A DNA stretch of 54,318 nucleotides from Oscillospiraceae bacterium (lineage in GTDB: Bacteria; Bacillota; Clostridia; Oscillospirales; Ruminococcaceae), in NCBI GenBank assembly GCA_016296165.1, contig JAEDJV010000001.1:1-54318 (forward strand). Direction: 5' to 3'. This document shows positions 1-10,016 of this stretch, in pieces. A program made the translations under genes and the position numbers. Under the pieces are notes generated by a model, which saw only the letters and a program-made list of their open reading frames with translations, searched no databases and was not told the origin of the DNA. Numbering within the stretch: the first letter of the stretch is position 1; every line of letters starts with the position of its first letter.

Positions 1-27
1 TTGTGTGCTAAAAATTTTTTATATCAA

Positions 28-56
28 TTGAAAAGACGGATAATATATGCTATAAT
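28..56 (+). promoter_or_regulatory. sigma-A promoter of the ruvA operon
   Basis: TTGAAA (28-33), 17 bp, TG-c-TATAAT (51-56), i.e. an extended -10. Confidence 0.7.
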
Positions 57-129
57 AAAAATTGATTATGTTTATAGATAAATATATTTTTTATGTATAA
101 TTTTGAACGTTCTGAAATGAGGAAACGAT

Positions 130-741
130 ATGATATACAGCGTAAGAGGAAAACTTATACACAAGGAAAGCGAGCTTGCGGTCGTAGAATGCGGCGGAGT
201 GGGATATGCCTGCAGAACAACACTGCAGACACTGGCATCTCTGAGTGAAACCGGAAGTGAGGTTATGCTTTATACTTATCTCCATGTGAGAGAGGATAAT
301 GTGGAGCTTTTCGGATTTTCATCACAGCAGGAACTGAACTGCTTTAAGATGCTTATCTCTGTTTCCGGGGTCGGTCCGAAGGCAGCACTGTCGATTCTTT
401 CTGATGTTAATCCGGAGAAGTTTGCACTTCTGGTAGCCTCGGAAGACAGCAAAACACTTACAAAAACAAAGGGAATAGGTGCAAAAACAGCACAGAGAAT
501 TGTACTTGAACTTAAGGATAAGATAGTAAAGGAAAACATAAATCTTTCAGAAGCAGGAGCAGGATTTTCAGCAGCTGCAGAAGAAAACTCATCTGTCAGC
601 GAGGCCTTTTCAGCTCTTCTTGTGCTGGGATATACACAGTCAGAAATTGCTCCTGTTATGTCAGGACTGGATCCGGAGCTTCCTTCAGCAGAGCTTATCA
701 GACAGGCACTTAAGATCATAGCACAGAAAATGAAGAGGTAG
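130..741 (+). CDS. ruvA: Holliday junction branch migration protein RuvA
   Basis: GGVGY, LFGF and HhH motifs (SGVGPKAA, KGIGAKTAQRIVLELKDK); upstream of ruvB. Confidence 0.97.
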   Translation: MIYSVRGKLIHKESELAVVECGGVGYACRTTLQTLASLSETGSEVMLYTYLHVREDNVELFGFSSQQELNCFKMLISVSGVGPKAALSILSDVNPEKFALLVASEDSKTLTKTKGIGAKTAQRIVLELKDKIVKENINLSEAGAGFSAAAEENSSVSEAFSALLVLGYTQSEIAPVMSGLDPELPSAELIRQALKIIAQKMKR

Positions 742-751
742 GTGTTATTAA

Positions 752-1804
752 TTGATCGAAACAGGAGAAATAAAATTTGACAACAGAGTTGTGACACCTG
801 AAGTGACAAATGATGATAACGACATAGAAGTTTCTCTCAGACCAAGGTCCCTGTCCGAATATATAGGTCAGGATAAGGTTAAGGAAAATCTTGCTATATA
901 TATAGAAGCAGCCAGAAGAAGAGGAGAACCTCTTGATCATGTACTGCTTTACGGACCTCCGGGACTCGGAAAGACAACTCTCTCAAATATCATAGCACAT
1001 GAGATGGGATCAAACCTTCGTATAACTTCCGGTCCTGCGATAGAAAAACCGGGAGATCTGGCCGCACTTCTTACCAACCTGTCAGAAAACGACGTCCTTT
1101 TTATAGACGAGATACACAGACTCTCAAGATCTATAGAAGAAATACTCTACCCGGCGCTTGAGGACAATGTTCTGGATATAATGATTGGAAAAGGGCCTTC
1201 AGCACGATCGATACGTATCGACCTTCCAAAATTCACACTTGTTGGTGCTACTACAAGAGCCGGACAGCTTACAGCGCCTTTGCGTGACAGATTCGGTGTT
1301 GTATTAAGGCTTGAACTGTACAATCAGGAACAGTTGTGCGATATTATCAGGAGAAGCAGTATGATACTTGGAATACCTTGTGATCCGGATGGTGCTGCAG
1401 AGATTGCAGGAAGGGCAAGAGGAACCCCGCGAATTGCCAATCGTTTGCTTAAGAGAGTACGTGATTTTGCTGATGTTATTGGTAACGGCATGATAACAAA
1501 GGATATTGCTGCAGTAGCACTCGATCGTCTTGAGATAGATCCACTCGGTCTTGACAGTCTTGACAAGAGAATGCTTAGGATGATAATAAGCGGATACGGA
1601 GGCGGACCTGTCGGACTTGAAACGCTGGCATCCGCGATAGGCGAAGAGTCTGTTACACTTGAAGATGTCTGTGAACCGTATCTTATGCAGCTTGGATTTC
1701 TCGCAAGAACTCCGAGAGGGCGTTGTGCGACTAAACTTGCATATGAGCATCTTGGCATAAAGTACGGCAGTGAAACGGATAACAGCGGTCAGTTGTCATT
1801 CTGA
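752..1804 (+). CDS. ruvB: Holliday junction branch migration helicase RuvB
   Basis: [12 protein letters not shown], Walker [38 protein letters not shown] start after GGTG. Confidence 0.98.
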   Translation: MIETGEIKFDNRVVTPEVTNDDNDIEVSLRPRSLSEYIGQDKVKENLAIYIEAARRRGEPLDHVLLYGPPGLGKTTLSNIIAHEMGSNLRITSGPAIEKPGDLAALLTNLSENDVLFIDEIHRLSRSIEEILYPALEDNVLDIMIGKGPSARSIRIDLPKFTLVGATTRAGQLTAPLRDRFGVVLRLELYNQEQLCDIIRRSSMILGIPCDPDGAAEIAGRARGTPRIANRLLKRVRDFADVIGNGMITKDIAAVALDRLEIDPLGLDSLDKRMLRMIISGYGGGPVGLETLASAIGEESVTLEDVCEPYLMQLGFLARTPRGRCATKLAYEHLGIKYGSETDNSGQLSF

Positions 1805-1824
1805 TGAAAGGATGAGTACATGAT

Positions 1825-3201
1825 ATGGATAGATTATTTTCGATTGACGGTATGATTGGTGTTGCAGTAACCGGTCTGACCTGCGAAATGGTCATGCAGG
1901 CTGGAAGAGCACTTGTTCTTGCGCTGTCCAAAAAACTTCAGCACAGACTTACTGTCTGTGTTGGAAGAGACACGAGGCTTTCATCCGATATCCTTGAAAA
2001 TGCCCTTGTTGCCGGTATCTGTTCAGCCGGTGCTGATGTAGTAAAGCTTGGTGTACTCCCCTCAGCAGCCGTAGCCTATATCACAAAAAGCAGCAATGCT
2101 GATGCGGGTGTAATGATTTCCGCTTCACATCACAGCTATGAGATGAACGGACTTAAGTTTTTCTCAGGTGCCGGATACAGAATTTCAGACGATATAGAAG
2201 ATGAGATAGAGGATGCTGTATGTGTGCATCCTGAAAAAATAAAGATAGTATCCCATGACCTTGTCGGACGAATAACTGCCGCACAGAATGCCGAATGGGA
2301 TTACCTGCGTCATTTGATAAAGCAGGGCAAATACGATTTTACAGGCATGAGAGCTGTTATCGACTGTGCAAACGGATGTGCCTCACAGGCTGCTGAAAAG
2401 CTTTACTCTGCCCTCGGAGTAAAATGCTTTATGCTCAACAACAAGCCTGACGGGATGAATATAAACAATCGCTGCGGTGTAATGCATACAGGACTTATGG
2501 CGCGAATCATAAAGGAGAAACGTGCTGATATAGGTCTTGTATTTGACGGTGACGCTGGAAAATGCCTTGCTATAACTGAAAACGGAGACATAATTGACGG
2601 TGATCAGATTATGTCCATTATATCTCTTCACTATAAAAGAGAAGTGAAACTGAAAAAAGAAACTGTAGTCATAACTGATATGTCGAATCTGGGCTTTAAG
2701 CATTTTGCAGCTCTTAATGATATTAAAGTAATCACATCAAAACCCGGTGAAAAATGCATTTATGAAAAACTGCTTGACGGAGGATACATTCTTGGCGGTG
2801 AGCAGAACGGAAAGATATTTCTCCCTGAGCTCTCTACAACTGCAGACGGGCTTCTTACGGGAATACAGATTCTGGATGCACTTAAAGCTTCGGGAAAGAA
2901 ACTTTCTGAACTGGCATCATCTATGGAAAAGTACCCTCAGGTTATGATAAACGTGGCAATACTTCCGCAGTACAAGGAATTGTGGAAAAACAACCCTCAC
3001 ATAACTGATCTGATTGAAAAAAGACAGTATGGCCTTGGTGATGACGGACGAATATTCGTAAGAGAAGCCGGAGCAGAACCTTTGATAAGGGTAATGGTAG
3101 AGGGTAAGAGTTTTGAAAAAATAAACCAGTATGCAATCGAGATTTCAGATAAAATTAAGGAACAGACAAGCCTGACTCCTGTTCTGAGTTCAGGAAAATA
3201 A
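1825..3201 (+). CDS. glmM: Phosphoglucosamine mutase-like protein (alpha-D-phosphohexomutase family, degenerate motifs)
   Basis: GRDTRLS, MISASH, DCANG, PDGMNIN, GGEQ, EPLIRVMVE match GlmM, but several catalytic motifs are substituted (see findings). Confidence 0.75.
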   Translation: MDRLFSIDGMIGVAVTGLTCEMVMQAGRALVLALSKKLQHRLTVCVGRDTRLSSDILENALVAGICSAGADVVKLGVLPSAAVAYITKSSNADAGVMISASHHSYEMNGLKFFSGAGYRISDDIEDEIEDAVCVHPEKIKIVSHDLVGRITAAQNAEWDYLRHLIKQGKYDFTGMRAVIDCANGCASQAAEKLYSALGVKCFMLNNKPDGMNINNRCGVMHTGLMARIIKEKRADIGLVFDGDAGKCLAITENGDIIDGDQIMSIISLHYKREVKLKKETVVITDMSNLGFKHFAALNDIKVITSKPGEKCIYEKLLDGGYILGGEQNGKIFLPELSTTADGLLTGIQILDALKASGKKLSELASSMEKYPQVMINVAILPQYKELWKNNPHITDLIEKRQYGLGDDGRIFVREAGAEPLIRVMVEGKSFEKINQYAIEISDKIKEQTSLTPVLSSGK

Positions 3202-3222
3202 TTATTAACCGGAGGATTTAAC

Positions 3223-4089
3223 TTGAGAATAGCAGACAAGTGGGAACAGTATTCAATTCTTGATACATCATCAGAAGAAAAATTAGAAAGCTGGAACGGA
3301 GTAAAATTAATAAGACCGGATCCGCAGATTATATGGAAAACCCCTAAGGATGAAAGCATGTGGAATAGTGCAGACGGGCATTATCACCGTTCATCAAGCG
3401 GCGGCGGAAGCTGGGAATACAAAAATAAAAGGCCTCAGGATGCCTGGAAGATGTCGTACGGCAATCTTACTTTTAAGATAAAGCCAACAGGATTCAAGCA
3501 TACCGGACTTTTCCCGGAACAGGCAGTAAACTGGGACTTTATGCGCGGCAAGATTAAAGAACGCGGAGGAGAACCGAGCGTTCTCAATCTGTTTGCATAT
3601 ACAGGCGGTGCAACGCTTGCATGTGCGGAAGCAGGAGCTTCTGTTTGTCATGTTGACGCATCAAAGGGTATGGTCGCATGGGCAAGAGAGAACGCACAGC
3701 TTTCCGGTCTTGAGGATAAGCCGGTACGCTGGATTGTGGATGACTGTGAGAAATTTGTCAGACGTGAGATAAGACGTGAAAGAAAATATGACGGTATAGT
3801 AATGGATCCACCGTCATACGGCAGAGGTTCCGGCGGCGAGATATGGAAACTGGAAGACAGCATATACGATCTTGTTGAACTCTGTTCACAGGTGCTTAGT
3901 GATGATCCTATGTTCTTCCTGCTTAACAGCTATACTACCGGGCTTTCACCTGCTGTTATGGCATATATTCTCGACAGCATTCTTGTAAAAAAATATGGCG
4001 GAAAAGTAACTTCCGATGAGATAGGACTTCCTGTAAAAACAAGCAGAATGGCGCTTCCATGTGGCTCAACTGCTATCTGGCAGAGATAG
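3223..4089 (+). CDS. Class I SAM-dependent methyltransferase (RlmI/YwbD-related)
   Basis: HTGLFPEQ, VLNLFAYTGGA, HVDAS, MDPPSYG motifs; GGAGG RBS and TTG start. Confidence 0.88.
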   Translation: MRIADKWEQYSILDTSSEEKLESWNGVKLIRPDPQIIWKTPKDESMWNSADGHYHRSSSGGGSWEYKNKRPQDAWKMSYGNLTFKIKPTGFKHTGLFPEQAVNWDFMRGKIKERGGEPSVLNLFAYTGGATLACAEAGASVCHVDASKGMVAWARENAQLSGLEDKPVRWIVDDCEKFVRREIRRERKYDGIVMDPPSYGRGSGGEIWKLEDSIYDLVELCSQVLSDDPMFFLLNSYTTGLSPAVMAYILDSILVKKYGGKVTSDEIGLPVKTSRMALPCGSTAIWQR

Positions 4090-4105
4090 ATTCGGGGTGT
4101 ATTAT

Positions 4106-4954
4106 TTGACATCTGAAAAAATTATTGAAGCAGAAAATCTTCATTTTTCGTATGATAAAAGCAAAGAGATTCTGAAGGGCATTGATGTTGACATAAACAG
4201 CGGCGAATTTGTTGCGGTTCTAGGACATAACGGCTCCGGAAAATCAACTTTTGCCAGACTTTCGAATGCAATACTTGTTCCGTCAGAAGGTTCTGTGAAA
4301 GTACTTGGAACTGATACATCAGACAGCGAACGTGTTTTTGACATACGGAAGAATGTCGGAATGGTTTTTCAGAATCCTGACAACCAGATAGTTGCTGCTG
4401 TTGTGGAAGAAGACGTTGCTTTCGGACTTGAAAACACAGGTGTTCCGCCGGAGCAGATAAGAAAACGTGTTGATGAAGCTCTGAAAGCTGTTGGTATGTA
4501 CGATTATCGTCATCATTCACCCGGAATGCTCTCCGGAGGACAGAAACAGCGTGTAGCTATAGCAGGAATAATAGCTATGAGACCGACCTGTATAGTTCTT
4601 GATGAGCCTACTGCAATGCTTGATCCTGCAGGAAGAAAAGATGTAATGAACACAGTCAGGATGCTTAATAAGGACTTTGGAATCACAGTAGTTCTGATAA
4701 CTCACTATATGGATGAGGCGGTTCTGGCTGACAGAGTTATAGTTATTGACAGTGGAAAAATAATTCTTGATGATATTCCGAAAAAAGTTTTTTCACAGGT
4801 TGAGATTCTGAAAAAAGCAGGACTTGATATCCCGCAGGCTACAGAACTTATATATGAGCTTAACAAATGCGGACTTAATCTTAATCCGAATATACTTACA
4901 GAGGAAGAATGTGCAGAAGCATTAGCCTCGTTGCTGAAGGAAGGAAAAATTTGA
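4106..4954 (+). CDS. ecfA1: ECF transporter ATPase EcfA1
   Basis: GHNGSGKST, FQNPDNQ, LSGGQKQRVAIA, LDEPTAMLD; TTG 4106 chosen from GGGGTG RBS (ORF track starts at 4061). Confidence 0.92.
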   Translation: MTSEKIIEAENLHFSYDKSKEILKGIDVDINSGEFVAVLGHNGSGKSTFARLSNAILVPSEGSVKVLGTDTSDSERVFDIRKNVGMVFQNPDNQIVAAVVEEDVAFGLENTGVPPEQIRKRVDEALKAVGMYDYRHHSPGMLSGGQKQRVAIAGIIAMRPTCIVLDEPTAMLDPAGRKDVMNTVRMLNKDFGITVVLITHYMDEAVLADRVIVIDSGKIILDDIPKKVFSQVEILKKAGLDIPQATELIYELNKCGLNLNPNILTEEECAEALASLLKEGKI

Positions 4955-5823
4955 GTATACTGAGAACAGAAAACCTTACTTATATATACGGTAAGGATAC
5001 GCCCTTTGAAAAAAAAGCTGTTGACAGCGTTTCTCTTACAATAGAAAAAGGCGGCATAACCGGGATTATCGGACATACAGGTTCCGGAAAATCCACTCTC
5101 ATACAGCATTTTAACGGACTTCTTAAGCCTTCGGATGGAAAGATATTTTTTGATGAAAAGGATATCTGGGAAGGCGGCAAAATAATGCAGGGACTCAGAT
5201 TCAGAGCCGGGATTGTTTTTCAGTATCCGGAATATCAGATATTTGAAGAAACTGTGTTTAAGGACATTGCTTACGGTCCCGGAAATATGAAACTTGATAA
5301 AAAAGAAATAACAGAACGTGTTCTTGAGGCAGCGTCCATTCTGGGAATAAGCCGGGATATTCTTGAACGTTCCCCTTTTGAACTGTCAGGCGGTCAGAAA
5401 AGACGTGTTGCAATAGCCGGTGTTATTGCCATGCGTCCGGAACTCCTTATACTTGATGAACCTGCAGCTGGTCTTGATCCGAGAGGCAGAAAAGAAGTCT
5501 TTGAAATTATAAAAAAATACAGTCAGGACAGCAGCCGTACTGTTCTTATAGTATCTCACAGCATGGAGGATATGGCCGCTTACGCAGATAACATTATTGT
5601 CATGAATGAAGGAAAACTTTTTTGCCATGATACGGTTTCGGCTGTTTACTCACGTTCAGAGGAGATTGCTTCTATGGGACTTGACGTTCCGCAGATTACA
5701 AAAGTATTTTCTCTTCTGAAAAAACAGGGTATAGATTTTGATGACAACATCTATACTGTTGAGTATGCAAGAGACAAAATACTTCAATATCTCAATAACG
5801 GAGGCGATAAAGTCTCATGTTAA
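4951..5823 (+). CDS. ecfA2: ECF transporter ATPase EcfA2
   Basis: YGKDTPFEK, GHTGSGKST, FQYPEYQ, SPFELSGGQKRR; TTG 4951 overlaps the ecfA1 stop (ORF track starts at 4909). Confidence 0.92.
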   Translation: MSILRTENLTYIYGKDTPFEKKAVDSVSLTIEKGGITGIIGHTGSGKSTLIQHFNGLLKPSDGKIFFDEKDIWEGGKIMQGLRFRAGIVFQYPEYQIFEETVFKDIAYGPGNMKLDKKEITERVLEAASILGISRDILERSPFELSGGQKRRVAIAGVIAMRPELLILDEPAAGLDPRGRKEVFEIIKKYSQDSSRTVLIVSHSMEDMAAYADNIIVMNEGKLFCHDTVSAVYSRSEEIASMGLDVPQITKVFSLLKKQGIDFDDNIYTVEYARDKILQYLNNGGDKVSC

Positions 5824-6620
5824 AAGATATAACTTTAGGGCAGTATTTTCCGGGGAACAGTATAGTCCACCGACTTGATGCCGGCATAAAGATAATAATA
5901 ACAGTAATATTTATAATAATGCTCTTCGCAGCGGATAATTTTATTTCTGCAGGAATTGGCGTAGCATTTATGGTTATGTCATATCTGCTGACTAAGATAA
6001 GTCCTTCACTCATGGTCAAGAGTCTTAAACCTGTTTTACCTGTGCTTCTTATAACCGGTGTTCTGAATATATTTTTCTATGAGGGAGAAGTAATATTTAA
6101 ACTGGGTTTTATCAAAATTACAGATGAGGGCATCAAAAACGCTGGTTTCATGCTTGTAAGAGTAATTTCTCTCATAATCGGTTCGTCTGTTCTGACATAT
6201 ACTACGTCACCCATAGAACTTACAAATGCTATTGAGAAACTGCTGTCACCTCTTAAGAAGTTTAAACTTCCTGTTCATGAACTTGCAATGATGATGACCA
6301 TTGCACTAAGGTTTATACCAACTCTTATTGAGGAAACAGATAAAATAATCTCGGCACAGAAAGCAAGAGGCGCTGACTTTGAAAACGGCACTCTGAGAGA
6401 AAGGGCGTCAGCTGTTGTTCCGATACTCGTTCCCCTTTTTGTATCAGCTTTCAGACGTGCAGAAGAACTTGCACTTGCTATGGAATGCCGATGCTACAGA
6501 GGCGGAGAGGGAAGGACAAAGATGCGCCAGACTCATATTAAACCTTTTGATTTGGCGGCACTTGGCATTTCAGTTATATTTCTTGCAGCGATAATTTCTG
6601 TTAATGTATTTTTTAAATGA
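5817..6620 (+). CDS. ecfT: ECF transporter transmembrane component EcfT
   Basis: LGQYFPGNS, IALRFIPTL, AQKARGAD, AMECRCYRGG; follows ecfA1A2. Confidence 0.93.
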   Translation: MLKDITLGQYFPGNSIVHRLDAGIKIIITVIFIIMLFAADNFISAGIGVAFMVMSYLLTKISPSLMVKSLKPVLPVLLITGVLNIFFYEGEVIFKLGFIKITDEGIKNAGFMLVRVISLIIGSSVLTYTTSPIELTNAIEKLLSPLKKFKLPVHELAMMMTIALRFIPTLIEETDKIISAQKARGADFENGTLRERASAVVPILVPLFVSAFRRAEELALAMECRCYRGGEGRTKMRQTHIKPFDLAALGISVIFLAAIISVNVFFK

Positions 6621-6630
6621 GGTGTTCTGA

Positions 6631-7128
6631 ATGAAAACTGCAGTTGATATTATGATTTTTATGTTGTTTTGTATTCCGGTATTTGCTTTTTTCCTGCTTG
6701 TAAAGAGATACAGGGAAAGCAAACATGATAATGGCGCCAGAGACAGATTTTTGGAATCCCTTATTGCTGAACACTCAAAAGAAAAATCTTCAGGGACTGC
6801 AGATAAAGTTTCAGAGCCTGCATATGAGTCTTCTGAACCGGAAGAACTGGATGAGAGTATCATTCTTGCAAAGAAAATTGCTGCCGAAACCTTCGCAGCA
6901 ACCAGGGAAGATACTGTTCCTGATACTGCGGATAACGAAAAAAATAAAGAGAACGTTCCAGAGCAGTCTTTTCCTGCAGAACCTAAGCAGGAAGGAAGTA
7001 TCACAAGGGAACAGGCACTTCGTATGGTTGATGATATGCTGGGCAGAAAAAAGAAAAAAAATTCCGGTGAAGAACTTCGCGAGATGATGGCTCGTCTTAG
7101 TGCAGAAAAAAACAATAAAAAGGGCTAA
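6631..7128 (+). CDS. Hypothetical protein with N-terminal membrane anchor and charged low-complexity tail
   Basis: GAGGTG RBS, one hydrophobic N-terminal helix, tightly packed in the operon. Confidence 0.75.
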   Translation: MKTAVDIMIFMLFCIPVFAFFLLVKRYRESKHDNGARDRFLESLIAEHSKEKSSGTADKVSEPAYESSEPEELDESIILAKKIAAETFAATREDTVPDTADNEKNKENVPEQSFPAEPKQEGSITREQALRMVDDMLGRKKKKNSGEELREMMARLSAEKNNKKG

Positions 7129-7143
7129 AGGCGGTTTTAAGTT

Positions 7144-7878
7144 TTGAGAAATCTAAAAGTTTTAATGACATACAAGGGAACTGCATATCATGGATATCAG
7201 AAGCAGGAAAATGCACTTACCGTTCAGGAAGTAGTTGAAAAATGCGTTTCACGTGTTCTCAACACAGAAACTTCTATAACAGGCTGCTCCAGAACAGATA
7301 CGGGGGTTCATGCAAATCAGTACTGTTTTTCAGTTCTTACCGATCGTGAAATTCCGACACGAAATTTTGTCAGAGGAATAAACGGATATTTGCCGTCGGA
7401 TATCTCACTGCTTTCATGCGAGGAAGTTCCGCTTGATTTTCATGCCAGATTTTCCTGCAAGGGAAAGGAGTATATTTATCTTATACATAACAGTGAATGC
7501 CGTAATCCTTTTGCAGAAGATCTTCAGTATCATTACAGGAGAACAATGAATCTGGAACTTATGCGAAAAGCAGCCGAATATTTTGTCGGAACACATGATT
7601 TCAGAAGTTTTTGCTCTGCGGCAGCAGATAAAACTGACACCGTAAGAACTATTTATGATCTTTCCATAGAAAAAGAAGGGGATTTGGTAACAATCCGTAT
7701 AAGCGGCAACGGATTTCTTTACAATATGGTCAGAATAATAGTCGGTACGCTCCTGTGGGTCAATGAAGGAAAAATTCTTCCTGACGATATTCCGGAGATA
7801 ATGAAAAAAGCTGACCGTACATGTGCAGGGAAGACAGCACAGGCACACGGTCTTTATCTTAACAGGGTTTTTTATTAA
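7144..7878 (+). CDS. truA: tRNA pseudouridine(38-40) synthase TruA
   Basis: YKGTAYHGYQ, SRTDTGVHA, FHARF, GTHDF, GFLYNMVRIIVG, AHGLYL. Confidence 0.97.
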   Translation: MRNLKVLMTYKGTAYHGYQKQENALTVQEVVEKCVSRVLNTETSITGCSRTDTGVHANQYCFSVLTDREIPTRNFVRGINGYLPSDISLLSCEEVPLDFHARFSCKGKEYIYLIHNSECRNPFAEDLQYHYRRTMNLELMRKAAEYFVGTHDFRSFCSAAADKTDTVRTIYDLSIEKEGDLVTIRISGNGFLYNMVRIIVGTLLWVNEGKILPDDIPEIMKKADRTCAGKTAQAHGLYLNRVFY

Positions 7879-7896
7879 TCTGAAAAGGAGAAAAGA

Positions 7897-9048
7897 ATGG
7901 AAGAAGTAAACGCAAAGAATCTGTCAGAGATGCGCAGGCAAAAAAAGAAAAGACGAAACACACAAAAATTTCTTGGATTTATGATTATCCTTACCATTGT
8001 TCTTGGACTTTATGTGTCAAAAGAAAGATGGATGCCGGATATAAAACATCAGAATTCAGTATTTACAGACGATGAACTTGCTGAGGGTGAATTTCCGATA
8101 CATGTAAGCAATACCTCCTCATATAAGATGCGTTCTGTGGGAGACGCTTTTGCTTTACTTACAGATACAAGACTGTATATGATTTCACTCTCCGGTGATA
8201 TTATTGATGCCAGACAGCATACATATTCAAATACCATTCTGAAAAGTTCCGGTAATAAAACTCTTATATACGAACAAAACGGAAATAATCTGAGGGTTGA
8301 TAATAAGCGCGAAATGCTGTATGATAAGAAGACAGATGCTTCTATCTACCTTGCCTCTGTAAATGAAAAAGGGTACACAGCTGTAGTAACTGCTTCAGAC
8401 CAGTATGTCTGTGAACTTGCAGTTTATGATCAGTCCGGTTTCCAGATATATTCGAGAGGATGTTCTGAAAGAATAACGGATGTTGTGTTTGACAATGATG
8501 GAAGCGGGTGCAGTATAGTAACAATAAAAGCACTTGAAGGGCATATTGTTTCTGAAATTACTTCTATAAAATTCGAAACGACTGAGGATATCTGGAAAAT
8601 ATCTGATATAGAAACATGTTCTGTATCAGCGTATGTTTCATCAAATGATGAAACGGTGCTTTTCGGAGATAATATGTGTGGATTTTACAAAAACGGAGAG
8701 AAAATCTTTGAATATACTTATCCTGATACACTTGTTGATGCATCGTATTCTGACTCAGGTGCGGCTATGATTTTCAGAAACAGAGAGAGAAAAAAGACCA
8801 CACTTGTTATTATCAGTAATCCTGCTTCAGGAACTGCTGTGGAAGTTACTGTTTCAGATGTAATAAAACACGTTCTCGCCTGCGATGACAATATATTTTT
8901 CCTTACGGAAAATTATGTAGAATCGTATGATTATGAAGGTAAGATTGTAAAAAAGTATGAACTTAATGAACCGTACAGAGATTTTTACAGGTCGGGAAAA
9001 TATATTATACTTCAGGGACATAATAAAGTTGAAAGAATAGAATTATAA
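7897..9048 (+). CDS. Membrane-anchored beta-propeller-like protein (DUF5711-like)
   Basis: Basic N-terminus, one TM helix, then a beta-rich extracellular region; AAGGAG RBS; family by recollection. Confidence 0.65.
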   Translation: MEEVNAKNLSEMRRQKKKRRNTQKFLGFMIILTIVLGLYVSKERWMPDIKHQNSVFTDDELAEGEFPIHVSNTSSYKMRSVGDAFALLTDTRLYMISLSGDIIDARQHTYSNTILKSSGNKTLIYEQNGNNLRVDNKREMLYDKKTDASIYLASVNEKGYTAVVTASDQYVCELAVYDQSGFQIYSRGCSERITDVVFDNDGSGCSIVTIKALEGHIVSEITSIKFETTEDIWKISDIETCSVSAYVSSNDETVLFGDNMCGFYKNGEKIFEYTYPDTLVDASYSDSGAAMIFRNRERKKTTLVIISNPASGTAVEVTVSDVIKHVLACDDNIFFLTENYVESYDYEGKIVKKYELNEPYRDFYRSGKYIILQGHNKVERIEL

Positions 9049-9063
9049 AAAGAGGTGTTTACT

Positions 9064-9966
9064 TTGAATGGAGTATGCTGGTATTATGATGCAGCGGCGC
9101 TGGTTCTGCTTGTGCTGTTCATAATTCAGGGTGTGAAAAAAGGATTCTCCAAAACCGTAATTCATTTTGCTCTGAACCTTGTTTTTGTTGTGCTGGCTTT
9201 TCTTATGTCAGGAATTATGACTGACATGGTTTATGACGGATACTTCAGAAGTACGGTATCAGAATCTGTGGAGAGTTCTCTTGAAAATTTTGATGTAAAT
9301 TCTGAACTGAAAAAAGTTTATTCGGAACTTACTCTAATTGGAGAAGTATCAGATACAAAGATATCCGCTGTTCTTTCTTCGGAAAAAAATATGGATGAAA
9401 AGTTTCAGAAACTCATTGTTTCAACATCAGGGATAGGCAGTCAGATAGATGAAAGTAAGTTTTTTGAAGGTTTAAACAGCATTGTAAAATTCAGACTGCA
9501 TGAAAAATTATCAGAAAAAATTCCGTCATGCGCCGGAAAATACTTTAGCAGCCTGGATGAGAGCAATAAGGAAGAAACATACAAAATACTTAATTTACTT
9601 GTGTCTGATAAAAAAGAGGCGGCTGATTACATAATGGAAAATTATATAGACAGTACTCTTTATGGATTTGTACAGATAATGATGTTTCTGATATCTGCTT
9701 TTGTTCTTATGATTTTCACTGCTATACTGCTTGCAGTTATGTTCAGAGAAAAGGATATGACATCAAACGGCAGAGGTGATTCAGCCGGCGGTGCGGTTCT
9801 GTCTGTAATTAACTGGGGTATTGCAATGCTTATGCTTGCATTTGTGATAAAAGTGATAATCTATTCAGGAGTTCAGATAGAAGGATTTCTCGATGACAAT
9901 ACACTTAACAACACCATTGCGTTCAGATATCTTTACAATGCTGACGCATTATTTATAAAAAAGTAA
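9064..9966 (+). CDS. CvpA-like membrane protein with large extracytoplasmic loop
   Basis: N-terminal D...GVKKGF motif typical of the CvpA family, four TM segments; TTG 9064 after GAGGTG (track starts at 9055). Confidence 0.6.
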   Translation: MNGVCWYYDAAALVLLVLFIIQGVKKGFSKTVIHFALNLVFVVLAFLMSGIMTDMVYDGYFRSTVSESVESSLENFDVNSELKKVYSELTLIGEVSDTKISAVLSSEKNMDEKFQKLIVSTSGIGSQIDESKFFEGLNSIVKFRLHEKLSEKIPSCAGKYFSSLDESNKEETYKILNLLVSDKKEAADYIMENYIDSTLYGFVQIMMFLISAFVLMIFTAILLAVMFREKDMTSNGRGDSAGGAVLSVINWGIAMLMLAFVIKVIIYSGVQIEGFLDDNTLNNTIAFRYLYNADALFIKK

Positions 9967-10016
9967 AAACGGAAAAATTTATCCGGAAAATACGAACCAA
10001 TTAAACGGAGGCTATT

